From NCBI GenBank assembly GCA_001001045.1, contig LCIL01000002.1, forward strand, positions 9,127 to 73,126: a DNA stretch of 64,000 nucleotides. Direction: 5' to 3'. The notes beneath the pieces are model-generated. The model was given only the letters and a program-made list of their open reading frames with translations, was not told the origin of the DNA and did no database searches. The position numbers and the translations under genes were made by a program. Below are positions 9,926 to 19,180 of the stretch, one piece after another; position 1 is the first letter of the stretch; each line of letters opens with the position of its first letter. This DNA is from Candidatus Woesebacteria bacterium GW2011_GWA1_44_23 (GTDB lineage Bacteria > Patescibacteriota > Microgenomatia > UBA8517).

Positions 9926-10185
9926 CTTTTTTTAAGTACCTGCATTACCTCCCCTATTGCCTCTTTGCTGTCTCCTTTTTTAATCGAATCGGAAACGCAA
10001 GTTTCCAGATGATTTTTCAAGACTTCATTATCTGCTTTTTTTAACGCGGCCTGAACCGCTAAAGATTGATGTACGATGTCTATGCAGTATTCGCCACTTC
10101 CAAGCATTGATATCACTTTATCCAAATGGCCTCTGGCTATTTGGTATCTATGTAGAATACCTTTTTTGGTATTGTTATTAGGCAT
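9922..10185 (-). CDS. csoR: CsoR/RcnR-family metal-sensing repressor
   Basis: DUF156-like helical protein with the Cys...His...Cys ligand pattern (YCIDIVHQ...ETC); overlaps copA start. Start placed at the internal ATG at 10185; the ORF track runs to 10251. Confidence 0.7.
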   Translation of the reverse strand: MPNNNTKKGILHRYQIARGHLDKVISMLGSGEYCIDIVHQSLAVQAALKKADNEVLKNHLETCVSDSIKKGDSKEAIGEVMQVLKKR

Positions 10186-10197
10186 TTGCGTTTTGGT

Positions 10198-10214
10198 ATC
10201 CCCCCGGGGGGGAT
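10198..10214. promoter_or_regulatory. 17-bp G/C palindrome ATCCCCCC-G-GGGGGGAT, candidate CsoR operator
   Basis: Near-perfect inverted repeat in the csoR / membrane-protein divergent region, abutting a TTGACA -35 box. If csoR starts at 10251 it lies in coding sequence instead. Confidence 0.4.
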
Positions 10215-10242
10215 TGACAATAGTATAAATTAGCTTTATCCT
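10214..10242 (+). promoter_or_regulatory. Candidate sigma70-like promoter TTGACA-17-TATCCT for the + strand copper operon
   Basis: TTGACA at 10214-10219, 17-nt spacer, TATCCT at 10237-10242, ATG at 10253 (near-leaderless). Confidence 0.35.
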
Positions 10243-10252
10243 AAATGTCAAG

Positions 10253-11254
10253 ATGGCTAACTACTGGCTAGCATTTATCACAGGACTTACGACCGGCGGA
10301 ATTTCCTGCTTTGCGGTTCAGGGAGGGCTTTTAACCTCCGCATTGGCAACAGAGGAAGAAATAAAAATTTCAAAAAGCCTTAGAGCCCGCGCTCTGGTTG
10401 CCTTTTTGATTTCAAAATTAATTGCCTATACCCTACTTGGATTTGTTTTGGGATTTGTTGGAAAAGGCCTTATTGTCACACCCAAAGTCCAAGGATGGCT
10501 ACAAATACTAATAGGTGTTTTTATGCTTCTTACTGCGGCGAATCTTGCCAATCTTCACCCCTTTTTCCGACATTTCGTGATTACCCCCCCAAAATTTATA
10601 TTCAAAATTTTACGAAACCAAACAAGAGTAAAGTCGTTTTTTACTCCGATTTTCTTGGGAGCACTAACAATATTTATTCCCTGTGGAGTGACTCAGGCAA
10701 TGATGCTTTTAGCCGTTTCCGCTTCCAACCCTGCCGTCTCCGCGTCAATTCTTTTTGCCTTCATTTTAGGAACAATTCCGGTTTTCTTTGTGATCGGGAT
10801 GGCGGCTAACGAACTTCTCAAACGCAAGAGCCTCACAATTTTGGCGGCTTTGGTTGTAGCAATCTTGGGAATTATTTCCATAAATAGCGGCCAGGTACTA
10901 CGCGGGTCCGCTCACACGATTCAAAATTACTGGAAAGTCTCTTTCGCAACTGAAAGGCAGGGCAGACTCGCCCCGATTAACTCCGGAGTCCAGGAGGTTA
11001 CAATTGACGTCTTATCGCGTGGCTATAAGACAGATGTAACTACCCTCAAACTGGGGGTACCGGTAAAACTAACCCTCGTCACAAACGGCGTAACAAGTTG
11101 TGCAAGGGCTTTTACAATTCCTGACTACAATCTTTTTAAATTGCTTCCCCAGACCGGAACCGAAGTAATAGAATTTACCCCAGAAAAGACTGGGCTTCTG
11201 ATTTTTACTTGCAGTATGGGTATGTACAGCGGATCGTTTAACGTAATTGAATAA
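10253..11254 (+). CDS. Polytopic membrane protein with conserved intramembrane Cys pair and C-terminal cupredoxin-like/Met-rich domain; putative copper handling
   Basis: TM helices with GGISCFAVQGG and IFIPCGVTQ; soluble C-terminal domain ending FTCSMGMYSG; sits in the csoR-copA-copZ cluster. Confidence 0.5.
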   Translation: MANYWLAFITGLTTGGISCFAVQGGLLTSALATEEEIKISKSLRARALVAFLISKLIAYTLLGFVLGFVGKGLIVTPKVQGWLQILIGVFMLLTAANLANLHPFFRHFVITPPKFIFKILRNQTRVKSFFTPIFLGALTIFIPCGVTQAMMLLAVSASNPAVSASILFAFILGTIPVFFVIGMAANELLKRKSLTILAALVVAILGIISINSGQVLRGSAHTIQNYWKVSFATERQGRLAPINSGVQEVTIDVLSRGYKTDVTTLKLGVPVKLTLVTNGVTSCARAFTIPDYNLFKLLPQTGTEVIEFTPEKTGLLIFTCSMGMYSGSFNVIE

Positions 11255-11274
11255 GCAAAGCTTTTAAGAATATC

Positions 11275-11466
11275 ATGAAAAAAACATACAAAATCAAAGG
11301 AATGGACTGTCCAAGTTGTGCTTCGTTGCTGGAGCTAGATCTGGAGGACGCTGGCGTAAAGGCTAAGTGTTCCTACTCAAAATCAACCGTGGAGGTTGAA
11401 GAAGATGGAAATTTTGTTAATATTAAAAAGGTCGTCGAAAAATCCGGCTACAGTATTACCCAGTAA
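11275..11466 (+). CDS. copZ: Copper chaperone (HMA domain)
   Basis: GMDCPSC metal-binding motif; 63 aa. Confidence 0.85.
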   Translation: MKKTYKIKGMDCPSCASLLELDLEDAGVKAKCSYSKSTVEVEEDGNFVNIKKVVEKSGYSITQ

Positions 11467-11909
11467 TGTGTCCAGTTTGCACGGTTACCGTTATTGCAGG
11501 CCTCGGAATATCCCGGTTATTGGGAATTGATGATTTGATTACCGCAATTTGGATTGGCGGGCTAATTTTGTCACTCTCCTTTATTACGATTGACTGGATT
11601 AAGAAGAAGTGGCCAAAGTTAAAATTGAAGTACTACTATTTTCCGACCTTTATTTTGATGTATTTATTTGTGTTCATTCCATTTAAATTAAATGGCACAA
11701 TTGGCATTGTCCGTAACACCATGTGGGGCGTGGACAAAATTATTTTAGGAATAATAATCGGCTCGGCTGCCCTACTTCTAGGGGTCCTGACAGATAAGTA
11801 TCAGAGGGTGAAATTCAAAAAAATCTTTTTTCCGTTCCAAAAAGTATTCTTTCCCGTTCTGGCATTAATCATAACAAGCCTGATTTTTTACCTTATTACT
11901 GCTGGGTGA
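11466..11909 (+). CDS. Small membrane protein starting MCPVC (N-terminal CxxC), putative metal-binding membrane protein
   Basis: Start overlaps copZ stop; 4 predicted TM helices; CPVC at residues 2-5. Confidence 0.5.
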   Translation: MCPVCTVTVIAGLGISRLLGIDDLITAIWIGGLILSLSFITIDWIKKKWPKLKLKYYYFPTFILMYLFVFIPFKLNGTIGIVRNTMWGVDKIILGIIIGSAALLLGVLTDKYQRVKFKKIFFPFQKVFFPVLALIITSLIFYLITAG

Positions 11910-11959
11910 GCGCATGACCAGCGGTTGATAGCATAACCGAAACGCCTTAGAATATACAC

Positions 11960-12496
11960 ATGGTTAAGAATTACAAGGATCTTGTTAAGAAAGTTGAAGG
12001 TGTCACCAAAACTGGCAAGGTTGATTTATCTTCCAGTGAAGACCTCTCTATAGCCATCATGAATCTGATTTCGATTGAAGAACATTTGTTTTTTACCGCC
12101 CAAAAAACCGAAAAGCCTCAGTATCTGGATATTCTAAATGAAGTCCGGGGAATGAGAACAGGACTACTTAGAAAGATCATCAAAGATTATGAAGGCGAAG
12201 TCTGGTGTATTAGTAAACATTTGCTTGCCGCCTCGATGCGCCTGATGGAAGTCGGAACAAAAGAAGAAAAGAAGGGAAACAGAAAAGAGGCTTGGGAACT
12301 GTTTCAAAAATCTTTCAGGCTTTATTCCCTTTTCTGGGCAATAAATCTTAAGGTGGTCGATATCGGAGACGTCCCGATGGATAACGGGGATATCAACTTT
12401 ATCGGTGAGAAGGAAGTTAAACTCAAAGGGACCTCTTCTCCCCTAGACAAACTCACCGAGATTTTCAAAAAAGCAGTGGATTGCTGCAAAGAATAG
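11960..12496 (+). CDS. Hypothetical protein
   Basis: 178-aa ORF, no recognised motif. Confidence 0.45.
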   Translation: MVKNYKDLVKKVEGVTKTGKVDLSSSEDLSIAIMNLISIEEHLFFTAQKTEKPQYLDILNEVRGMRTGLLRKIIKDYEGEVWCISKHLLAASMRLMEVGTKEEKKGNRKEAWELFQKSFRLYSLFWAINLKVVDIGDVPMDNGDINFIGEKEVKLKGTSSPLDKLTEIFKKAVDCCKE

Positions 12497-12497
12497 A

Positions 12498-13775
12498 CTA
12501 CGCTCGTCCCCTAAGCATCATGGCGTCTATTATCCTTTTGACGGAAAGGTAATTTGCCGCGCGCCTGTAGGAAATCCTTTTTTCTTTAACAATTTTGTCA
12601 ATATCGGTAAATGCCTTTGTGATTGTCTTTTTCAATTCTTCGTTTACTCTTTCTTTAGTCCAATAATATCCGCTAAGGTTCTGTACCCACTCAAAGTAGC
12701 TTACGGTTACGCCCCCGGAGTTGCTCAAAATATCAGGAATTACATCTATTCCCTTTTCGTGGAGATACCTGTCCGCTTCGCTTGTTGTCGGGCCGTTGGC
12801 CATTTCAAATACAACCTTTGCAGAAATATCTTCTACATTGTCTTTTGTAATAGAATTTTCTAGTGCAGCAGGAACTAAAACTGTCACGGGGAGTCCTAGA
12901 AGTTCGGCATTGGTAATTAGTTTAGTTCCGGCTTTCAATGGATAGTTTTTAAAAGAACCACCCTTTTGTTTAAACAAACTTAAGGTGTTAATTTCCAATC
13001 CTTTAGGATTGTAAATTCCACTCGAAGAATCAGAAACCGCTACAACCCTAAAGCCATTTTCTTTTGCAATCTTTGCAAAATAGTACCCCACGTTACCAAA
13101 GCCCTGTATTGCTATCGTTACTTTTGAAGCGTTAATTTTTAATTTTAAATTCCGTCTTAGATATGCCTCCAAAACGAAAACCCCACCCTGCCCCGTAGCC
13201 TCGGTGCGACCGAGAGAGCCTCCAAGCTCCAGTGGCTTCCCTGTAAAAGTGGCCGGAGCCTGGACTCCGACCTTTTTCTCGTATGCTTCGAGCATCCAAG
13301 ACATAATGACTCCGTCTGTATTGACATCCGGCGCCGGAACGTCCTTCCAGGGACCTATATAAGGCGTAACAAACTTTGCGTATTCGGTAGAAAGGTCTTT
13401 AAGCTCCTCTTTTGTCAACTTTGAGGGATCGACCATAACTCCCCCCTTTCCTCCGCCATAAGGAATGCCAGTAACGGCACATTTAAGACTCATCAAAGTT
13501 GCCAGGGCCTGAACTTCATCTTTACTGACGTTCCGGTGAAACCTTATTCCCCCCTTAAAAGGTCCTCTGGCATCATTGTGCTGGATCCTAAAGGCATTAA
13601 ACTCTCTTTTCTTGCCATCTTTATCTTTGATGGAGATCTTTCTCTCGATAAATCTTTGGGGAGTCAAAAGTTCATTAATGGCTTTTTTAAATCTTTTTTT
13701 GTCGGGATAGTCGTCAGCCAAAATCGGAGAAACGTCCTTGATCTGACTAAGCGCCGCCTTAAGCATCGTATTCAT
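12498..13775 (-). CDS. gdhA: Glutamate dehydrogenase (Glu/Leu/Phe/Val dehydrogenase family)
   Basis: Catalytic GGGKGG motif (IPYGGGKGGV); NAD(P) fold GFGNVG; 425 aa. Confidence 0.9.
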   Translation of the reverse strand: MNTMLKAALSQIKDVSPILADDYPDKKRFKKAINELLTPQRFIERKISIKDKDGKKREFNAFRIQHNDARGPFKGGIRFHRNVSKDEVQALATLMSLKCAVTGIPYGGGKGGVMVDPSKLTKEELKDLSTEYAKFVTPYIGPWKDVPAPDVNTDGVIMSWMLEAYEKKVGVQAPATFTGKPLELGGSLGRTEATGQGGVFVLEAYLRRNLKLKINASKVTIAIQGFGNVGYYFAKIAKENGFRVVAVSDSSSGIYNPKGLEINTLSLFKQKGGSFKNYPLKAGTKLITNAELLGLPVTVLVPAALENSITKDNVEDISAKVVFEMANGPTTSEADRYLHEKGIDVIPDILSNSGGVTVSYFEWVQNLSGYYWTKERVNEELKKTITKAFTDIDKIVKEKRISYRRAANYLSVKRIIDAMMLRGRA

Positions 13776-13817
13776 ACAAGGTAGTATTATATTACAAATT
13801 TTAACTATTACTGAGGA

Positions 13818-14351
13818 TTACATAAAAAGTCCCATCATCACCACAAGAAGCATGCCTATCACCCAGCAAATCTTTAATTTACCCGGGTCCAGATCAATAG
13901 GAAGAAATTTTGTCCAATTATTCAGACTCCCCATTTCTGAAATATCAACCAGCTGGTCTACCGAAAGATGCAGGGCAAAAGAGAGCACTAAGCCCCTTCC
14001 GAAAAGAGAAGAGGAAGAACTCATTATCCAAAAAGTAAGAACCAAAAATATTGCCTGGAAGAAAATCGTATGGAAAATTAATCCTTTCCTCTCACTCCTG
14101 GTTTCGTAAAGTAGTTCTATTAGCCTTTTGTACTGCTTCTTCTCCCAAAGAAAACCAACCCTTTGGGATGTAAGTTCTTGTGGACCTAAGAAGAGTACGT
14201 AAATAAGATGATCCAGGTCGGGCATAAATACTCCGAGAAGCCCCCCTAGCCAAAATGGTAAGTAACTTAAAGACAGAAAATGCCCGGCGATTGAGATTAA
14301 GACAAAGAAAGAAAACCAAAAAGAAAGGTGGATGAAAAGCTCACGTCGCAT
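13818..14351 (-). CDS. Membrane protein, putative membrane-bound metal-dependent hydrolase (YdjM/DUF457-like)
   Basis: Multiple TM segments; PDLDH motif. Confidence 0.45.
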   Translation of the reverse strand: MRRELFIHLSFWFSFFVLISIAGHFLSLSYLPFWLGGLLGVFMPDLDHLIYVLFLGPQELTSQRVGFLWEKKQYKRLIELLYETRSERKGLIFHTIFFQAIFLVLTFWIMSSSSSLFGRGLVLSFALHLSVDQLVDISEMGSLNNWTKFLPIDLDPGKLKICWVIGMLLVVMMGLFM

Positions 14352-14372
14352 GACAGTAAATTCATTTTAACA

Positions 14373-14699
14373 CTAATCACGACAACCGCACTTCTCCATA
14401 TCTACATGGAACTCATCAATAAATTTAACTCCTTCACCCAGAAGTCTATTTCTCTGTTCATGGTAGCCCCCAAAGGCATATGAAGGGGCAAGCTTGCCTT
14501 CTTTATTTACTACCCTGTGGCAAGGGGTGGCCTCGTCACGATTGGCATGGAGCGCATGTCCCACCCTCCTGGCGTCCTTGGTACCAAGTTTAGAAGCTAC
14601 CTGTCCATAGGTCATGACCATTCCTTCCGGAATCTTCCTAACCTCACCGTAAACCTGTTCAAAAAAATTACTTTTTTTCATTTTTGGCTTTCGTCTCAT
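14373..14699 (-). CDS. Methylated-DNA-protein-cysteine methyltransferase C-terminal-domain-only protein (MGMT family)
   Basis: PCHRVV active-site motif with Cys; YGQVA helix; 108 aa; no N-terminal domain. Confidence 0.7.
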   Translation of the reverse strand: MRRKPKMKKSNFFEQVYGEVRKIPEGMVMTYGQVASKLGTKDARRVGHALHANRDEATPCHRVVNKEGKLAPSYAFGGYHEQRNRLLGEGVKFIDEFHVDMEKCGCRD

Positions 14700-14970
14700 T
14701 TTTTAGCTGTTGTAGTTTCCACATAAAGAGCCTCCCTTTGCTCCTCGCGTTTTGGGCATCTTTAACAAAACTTCTGGCTTTTTCAAGCAAGATTCTCGGA
14801 GTATCTTTGGCCAGCTTCATATAAAGAGATTTGTGATCCAAGTCGCCCAGTTCTTCGGCCAGATCATAAGCATATTTCTGAAACTCCCTACTGATATATT
14901 TATCTGAGTCTTCAAGTTTGTATTTACTTAAAACGTCACCTATTGAAGTAAGTGGTTTATTTCTTTGCAT
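14668..14970 (-). CDS. Hypothetical small protein
   Basis: 100-aa charged helical ORF overlapping both neighbours by about 30 bp. Confidence 0.3.
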   Translation of the reverse strand: MQRNKPLTSIGDVLSKYKLEDSDKYISREFQKYAYDLAEELGDLDHKSLYMKLAKDTPRILLEKARSFVKDAQNARSKGRLFMWKLQQLKNETKAKNEKK

Positions 14971-15416
14971 ATTTTTTCTATAACTCCATCAATGATCTTT
15001 CTTTCCTCTTCCGTGAAATCCTGAAGCACATATTCTTCTCCCTGGGTTCTGTCTTCCGATTTTCTATTGTCTACTCCTACCCGGATTCTCCAAAAGTCCT
15101 TGGTTCCCAATTCTGCTTCAATTGAATTGATGCCATTATGAACTTTAGGGCCAATCCCATACTGGATTTTATAACTCCCGAGTGGAATGTCCAGATCATC
15201 GTGCACGATGTAAAGACCGGTGTTTCGAATATTGTATTTGGTATATTGGGCGAGGACTTTGGTTCCGGACTCGTTCATAAAGACGCCGGACTTTGTAACA
15301 ACAACTCCCGTGGGTAGTTTGATTTCCTGAAGCTTATCAGCCACCAAAAAACCAGCATTATGCCGGGTATTTTTGTACTTCTCCCCCGGGTTGCCCAACC
15401 CTATGATTAATTTCAT
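14940..15416 (-). CDS. pth: Peptidyl-tRNA hydrolase
   Basis: MKLIIGLGNPGEKYKNTRHNAGF N-terminal signature. Confidence 0.85.
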   Translation of the reverse strand: MKLIIGLGNPGEKYKNTRHNAGFLVADKLQEIKLPTGVVVTKSGVFMNESGTKVLAQYTKYNIRNTGLYIVHDDLDIPLGSYKIQYGIGPKVHNGINSIEAELGTKDFWRIRVGVDNRKSEDRTQGEEYVLQDFTEEERKIIDGVIEKICKEINHLLQ

Positions 15417-15419
15417 AAC

Positions 15420-15740
15420 TTAAACCTTTTTTAACAAATCCTTGGCAACCTTTCCCAACACCGGGACTTCCCACTGCTCACCTTGCCACGCTTTGTAGAT
15501 TAGGATAAGCCAAAGAGCAAAGCTGATTATGCCAATAAGTGCTGATAAAGGAAAAAGAATAATCGTTATTCCGAATATCCACTGCAACACGAATAGGGCA
15601 ACAAATACCACTGTCGATTGCATCGCATGAAATCTAACAAACGGATCTTTCTCAATGACCAGAAAAATTATTCCTGTAACCGGACCCAAAACATAGGCAA
15701 GCGCTCCGGATGTAGTTTTTTTCAAACCTGTTTCTGCCAT
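15420..15740 (-). CDS. Small membrane protein (DUF4870-like)
   Basis: FHAMQS motif between TM helices; 106 aa. Confidence 0.45.
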   Translation of the reverse strand: MAETGLKKTTSGALAYVLGPVTGIIFLVIEKDPFVRFHAMQSTVVFVALFVLQWIFGITIILFPLSALIGIISFALWLILIYKAWQGEQWEVPVLGKVAKDLLKKV

Positions 15741-15803
15741 AAATACTCACCTTCTTCCTATATGCTATCTTTTCACAATAATAGTACCTCGGTCAAGAAG
15801 TGA

Positions 15804-17501
15804 TTAACCCTTTTGCATTCCAAAAAGGTCATGGAGTTCCTCAAGGGTTGTCGCATCCTTGGGGCTTTTGTCATCACGAAATTGAATCAGGCGCGGAAAT
15901 CTTAAGGCTAGCCCGGCCGTATGCTTGGGACTTACGGTTATTTCATCAGCCGCAAGCTCAACCAGAACGCTCGGTGCTACCCAAAAATCAGGATGTAGAT
16001 CCTTATCTACCTGATATTCCTTTGGTTTTTCCTTTACTTCAATTTTTGTAAGTCTTGATTTTAACTGCCGGAATTGTTCATCTGTCAGGCCGGTCCCGAC
16101 TTTTGTAACCGTCTTAAAGACATCCCCGTCGGCAACCCCGGCCAAAAATTGGCCCATTCCAAACCCGACCCTTTTACCTTTCCCGGCCGTGTAACCCATC
16201 ACTATGCAGTCAACAGTATCAGCAAGTCTGCCTTGCCTCCCCTCTTCTTCCTTCATCTTTACCCAATTCCAACCGGTGCGGCCGGAGACATAAAATCCGT
16301 TTGCCCTTTTAACCACAACCCCCTCAAGACCAATTTTTAAATATTTCTCATGAAATTTCCTTATTACCTTAGGGTCGCTTGTAACGGTGCTTTCATCAAT
16401 CCGAAGTAAGGTTCCATTGATCACCACTTTTTCCAGCAGTTTCCTCCTTTGAACGTATGGTGTGTTTATCAGGCTCTTGCCGTCAAAAAGGATCACGTCA
16501 AAAACCTGAAATTGGAGTGGAATTTCACCTGCAGTTTTTTCTACATTATGCTTTCTCCTCCTTTGAATTGTTTTTTGAAAATCCAGAAACATTTCGCGCT
16601 TGGGGTCTACCCCGATTGCTTCCGTATCAAGAATTACCTCATTGGCATTAATAAATTTACCAATTGCCGACAGTTCAGGAAAAGTCTCCAAGGGAATTGC
16701 ATTCATGTTTCTTGTAAAAATCCGGAGGAAACCATCTTTTTTGCGGTAGTGGATAAAAATCCTGAGTCCGTCAAATTTAGGCTCGACAGCAACTTCCCCC
16801 ATTTTTTTGATCATTTCAGTGGTTGAATTAAGGCGTTGTGCAAGCATCGGAACCACCGGCACGCCAACTTGTGGTTTTGCACTTTTCGGGTTTCCGCCTT
16901 TAACCAATTTCGCAATATATCCGATATCGGGCCTGATATTAAAGGCTTCCTCAATCTCTTTTTGCGTCTTTGTATCGTGTTCCGCCAAGGCGTCAATTAC
17001 GGTCTTTTCCGAAAAACCAAGTCTGAGCCTTCCCACCGGAATCCGGGCGGTAAATCGTGCTGAAAGCGGATCGAGGTTTTTGAGCAAGCTCACCATCTTT
17101 ATAATTTTGCTGTCCTGGCTGCCTTCCCCACTGTCTTTGGCAATTTCTAAAAGTCTTTCATAAACATCGGTAACAGATAGAGCTACACCCGTTGCCTTAT
17201 ATTCTATGCTTAACTCCTGCGCTACCGATCCTATATCTCCGATTTTTTTAAAAAGACTAAGGACGTCCCCCACATCTTTTCCGTAGGCCCTCGCAAGAGT
17301 TCGTATCATCATCTTTTCCGCAAGGTTTAAAATGACTCCTTCGTAATTCGGGGCCAAAATTCCCAAAGACAGGTAGACTACTTTGTCTATTTCGTCAGCA
17401 TCGGCCTTCTTAAAAAGTCCGGATAAAATTCTGGTAATTTCTAGCCGTGAAGAAGTTGCCTCCAGCCTTTCCAAATATACGGCAAATTCCTTAAACTTCA
17501 T
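15804..17501 (-). CDS. lig: ATP-dependent DNA ligase (archaeal/eukaryotic Lig-I type)
   Basis: KxDG adenylation motif EPKFDGLRIFIH; EGVVVKR motif; 565 aa. Confidence 0.85.
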   Translation of the reverse strand: MKFKEFAVYLERLEATSSRLEITRILSGLFKKADADEIDKVVYLSLGILAPNYEGVILNLAEKMMIRTLARAYGKDVGDVLSLFKKIGDIGSVAQELSIEYKATGVALSVTDVYERLLEIAKDSGEGSQDSKIIKMVSLLKNLDPLSARFTARIPVGRLRLGFSEKTVIDALAEHDTKTQKEIEEAFNIRPDIGYIAKLVKGGNPKSAKPQVGVPVVPMLAQRLNSTTEMIKKMGEVAVEPKFDGLRIFIHYRKKDGFLRIFTRNMNAIPLETFPELSAIGKFINANEVILDTEAIGVDPKREMFLDFQKTIQRRRKHNVEKTAGEIPLQFQVFDVILFDGKSLINTPYVQRRKLLEKVVINGTLLRIDESTVTSDPKVIRKFHEKYLKIGLEGVVVKRANGFYVSGRTGWNWVKMKEEEGRQGRLADTVDCIVMGYTAGKGKRVGFGMGQFLAGVADGDVFKTVTKVGTGLTDEQFRQLKSRLTKIEVKEKPKEYQVDKDLHPDFWVAPSVLVELAADEITVSPKHTAGLALRFPRLIQFRDDKSPKDATTLEELHDLFGMQKG

Positions 17502-17546
17502 GTCAACTCAGATTATATTGCGTTTTACCCGGAATTGCGAAGCTTT

Positions 17547-17756
17547 TTAGGTTCCGCCATTTGTTACCAGGTAGCTGGAGAAGAAAAGATATGTGAAGAT
17601 GACTGCTCCTAGAAACATAAAACCAAAAATCATGGAAATGATTCCGTTCCGTTCCTCATGTACAATCTTACTCACCCCTTCCCCAAGAAGGGTTAGCCCA
17701 AAAAGGCTTGGTAGAACCAAGATCATGTACAAAAGTTGCGGATCTAGCGTGCTCAT
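17547..17756 (-). CDS. Small membrane protein, hypothetical
   Basis: 69 aa, two hydrophobic helices; 4-bp overlap with fic. Confidence 0.3.
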   Translation of the reverse strand: MSTLDPQLLYMILVLPSLFGLTLLGEGVSKIVHEERNGIISMIFGFMFLGAVIFTYLFFSSYLVTNGGT

Positions 17757-18817
17757 TTATTTGTAATCACATATTTACTTGCCTTGGTGCTTCCCTGTTT
17801 TTTAAGAATCCCTTTGTTCAGTAAATCTCTGAGTTCTCTTAATATTGTATCTTCCGAAACCATCGAAAGTACCTTTTTAAGTTCATTCATCCCCCCGGAT
17901 CCCTGATCAGAAATGTATTCAATCAAACGCATCTGCCTGTCGGTTAAGGCCACCTGCTCTCCAAATTTGACTCTGAGACGGGAATCTACCGAAAGCTTTC
18001 TGACTTTGTCTTTTATCTTGGTTAGCTCGGTTGCCACCACACCGGTAAAATATTCCAACCAGGGGGTAACCTCGCGGCTTCCTATATTGGGAGATTGCCT
18101 GTCTACCGCGCTTAACGCCTCGTAGTAGGAAGCCGGATCTCCATCAAAATGTTCTTCAAGCGAGAAAAATTTCTTAATATCATACCCCTCGCGCATTAAA
18201 ATGAGGGAGCAAAAGGCTCTTACGGTTCTGCCGTTGCCTTCCACAAAAGGATGAACCGCCACCAATACATAATGGGCAATCCCCGCCCTTATAACCGCAT
18301 GGGTCTCGCGGGCCGCACTGTCGTTTAGCCACTCGAAGAAATCATCCAAAAGAAACGGGACTTCGTGGGAAGGGGGCGGCTGAAAAATAATTTTGCCGGT
18401 TCCTTCCTCCTTAATTACAACCTCGGTAGTCCTAAAAACACCGATCTTTTCGGGCATGATAATTCTGTCAACAGTGGCCCTATGGATATCCTTAAGCATA
18501 TCGGGGTCATATCCTCCCCTTTTGACTGCGAGTTCATCGAGTAGCTGCATTACGTTTCGATAGTTAACCACCTCCTGAATGTCACGCGCCCTGGCATAAA
18601 CTTCCTGACCTTCCAGAATTTTTTTGGTTTGAAATAGAGTCAGATCATTCCCCTCAATATGGGTTCCGTGATGAATCGTGCGAATCTGAGCGTCCGACTG
18701 GAATTGCTTAGCAAACGAAGGAACCAAGGGGGCGTTCTCAATAACCTCCTTACTGGCCTCAATTGAGCCAATGTTTTTCAAGACTGCATTGGAGACTATA
18801 TACTTCGGAGCGTACAT
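17753..18817 (-). CDS. fic: Fic/Doc-family AMPylator with C-terminal winged-helix domain
   Basis: HPFVEGNGRTVR Fic motif; N-terminal IEGN-containing helix (class II-like inhibitory helix). Confidence 0.85.
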   Translation of the reverse strand: MYAPKYIVSNAVLKNIGSIEASKEVIENAPLVPSFAKQFQSDAQIRTIHHGTHIEGNDLTLFQTKKILEGQEVYARARDIQEVVNYRNVMQLLDELAVKRGGYDPDMLKDIHRATVDRIIMPEKIGVFRTTEVVIKEEGTGKIIFQPPPSHEVPFLLDDFFEWLNDSAARETHAVIRAGIAHYVLVAVHPFVEGNGRTVRAFCSLILMREGYDIKKFFSLEEHFDGDPASYYEALSAVDRQSPNIGSREVTPWLEYFTGVVATELTKIKDKVRKLSVDSRLRVKFGEQVALTDRQMRLIEYISDQGSGGMNELKKVLSMVSEDTILRELRDLLNKGILKKQGSTKASKYVITNK

Positions 18818-18862
18818 GTTTCCTTATATTAACGCACTTTTTGCGGAAAAAACAAGGAGAAA

Positions 18863-19171
18863 CTAATCATCGACCGCACCACCGATGGGCGGCCGTCCCC
18901 CGCGGGAGGCTCTTTCCCAATCTCTTTCCATCTTCAGCGCCCTACGGGCATCTTCAATACTCATTGTAACCTTAGCTATTCGTAAAAAATTTTCTCTTGA
19001 CTCAAGGGGGATCGGTCCGGGAGGCTTGCCTTGGCGTTCCTTCGCTTTTTTTAATTGCTCATCCAGCAAAAGTGTGTCATACCTCTCCCGAACGCCATAT
19101 GGCGCTTTATTTAGATCCGATTTAAAATATTCCTCCAGAGCTTCCGGTGTTAATTCAGCCCTACTATCCAT
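18863..19171 (-). CDS. Hypothetical protein upstream of fic
   Basis: 102-aa charged helical ORF; no motif. Confidence 0.35.
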   Translation of the reverse strand: MDSRAELTPEALEEYFKSDLNKAPYGVRERYDTLLLDEQLKKAKERQGKPPGPIPLESRENFLRIAKVTMSIEDARRALKMERDWERASRGGRPPIGGAVDD

Positions 19172-19180
19172 GGTGACATT

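Noticed and set aside
10198-10214. The G/C palindrome as a possible sequencing or homopolymer artifact, or as coding sequence of a longer CsoR (encoding PPRG)
   Set aside because: Not fully rejected. It is kept as a candidate operator because the internal ATG at 10185 gives a CsoR of typical length and the palindrome abuts a good -35 box. It is flagged as uncertain.
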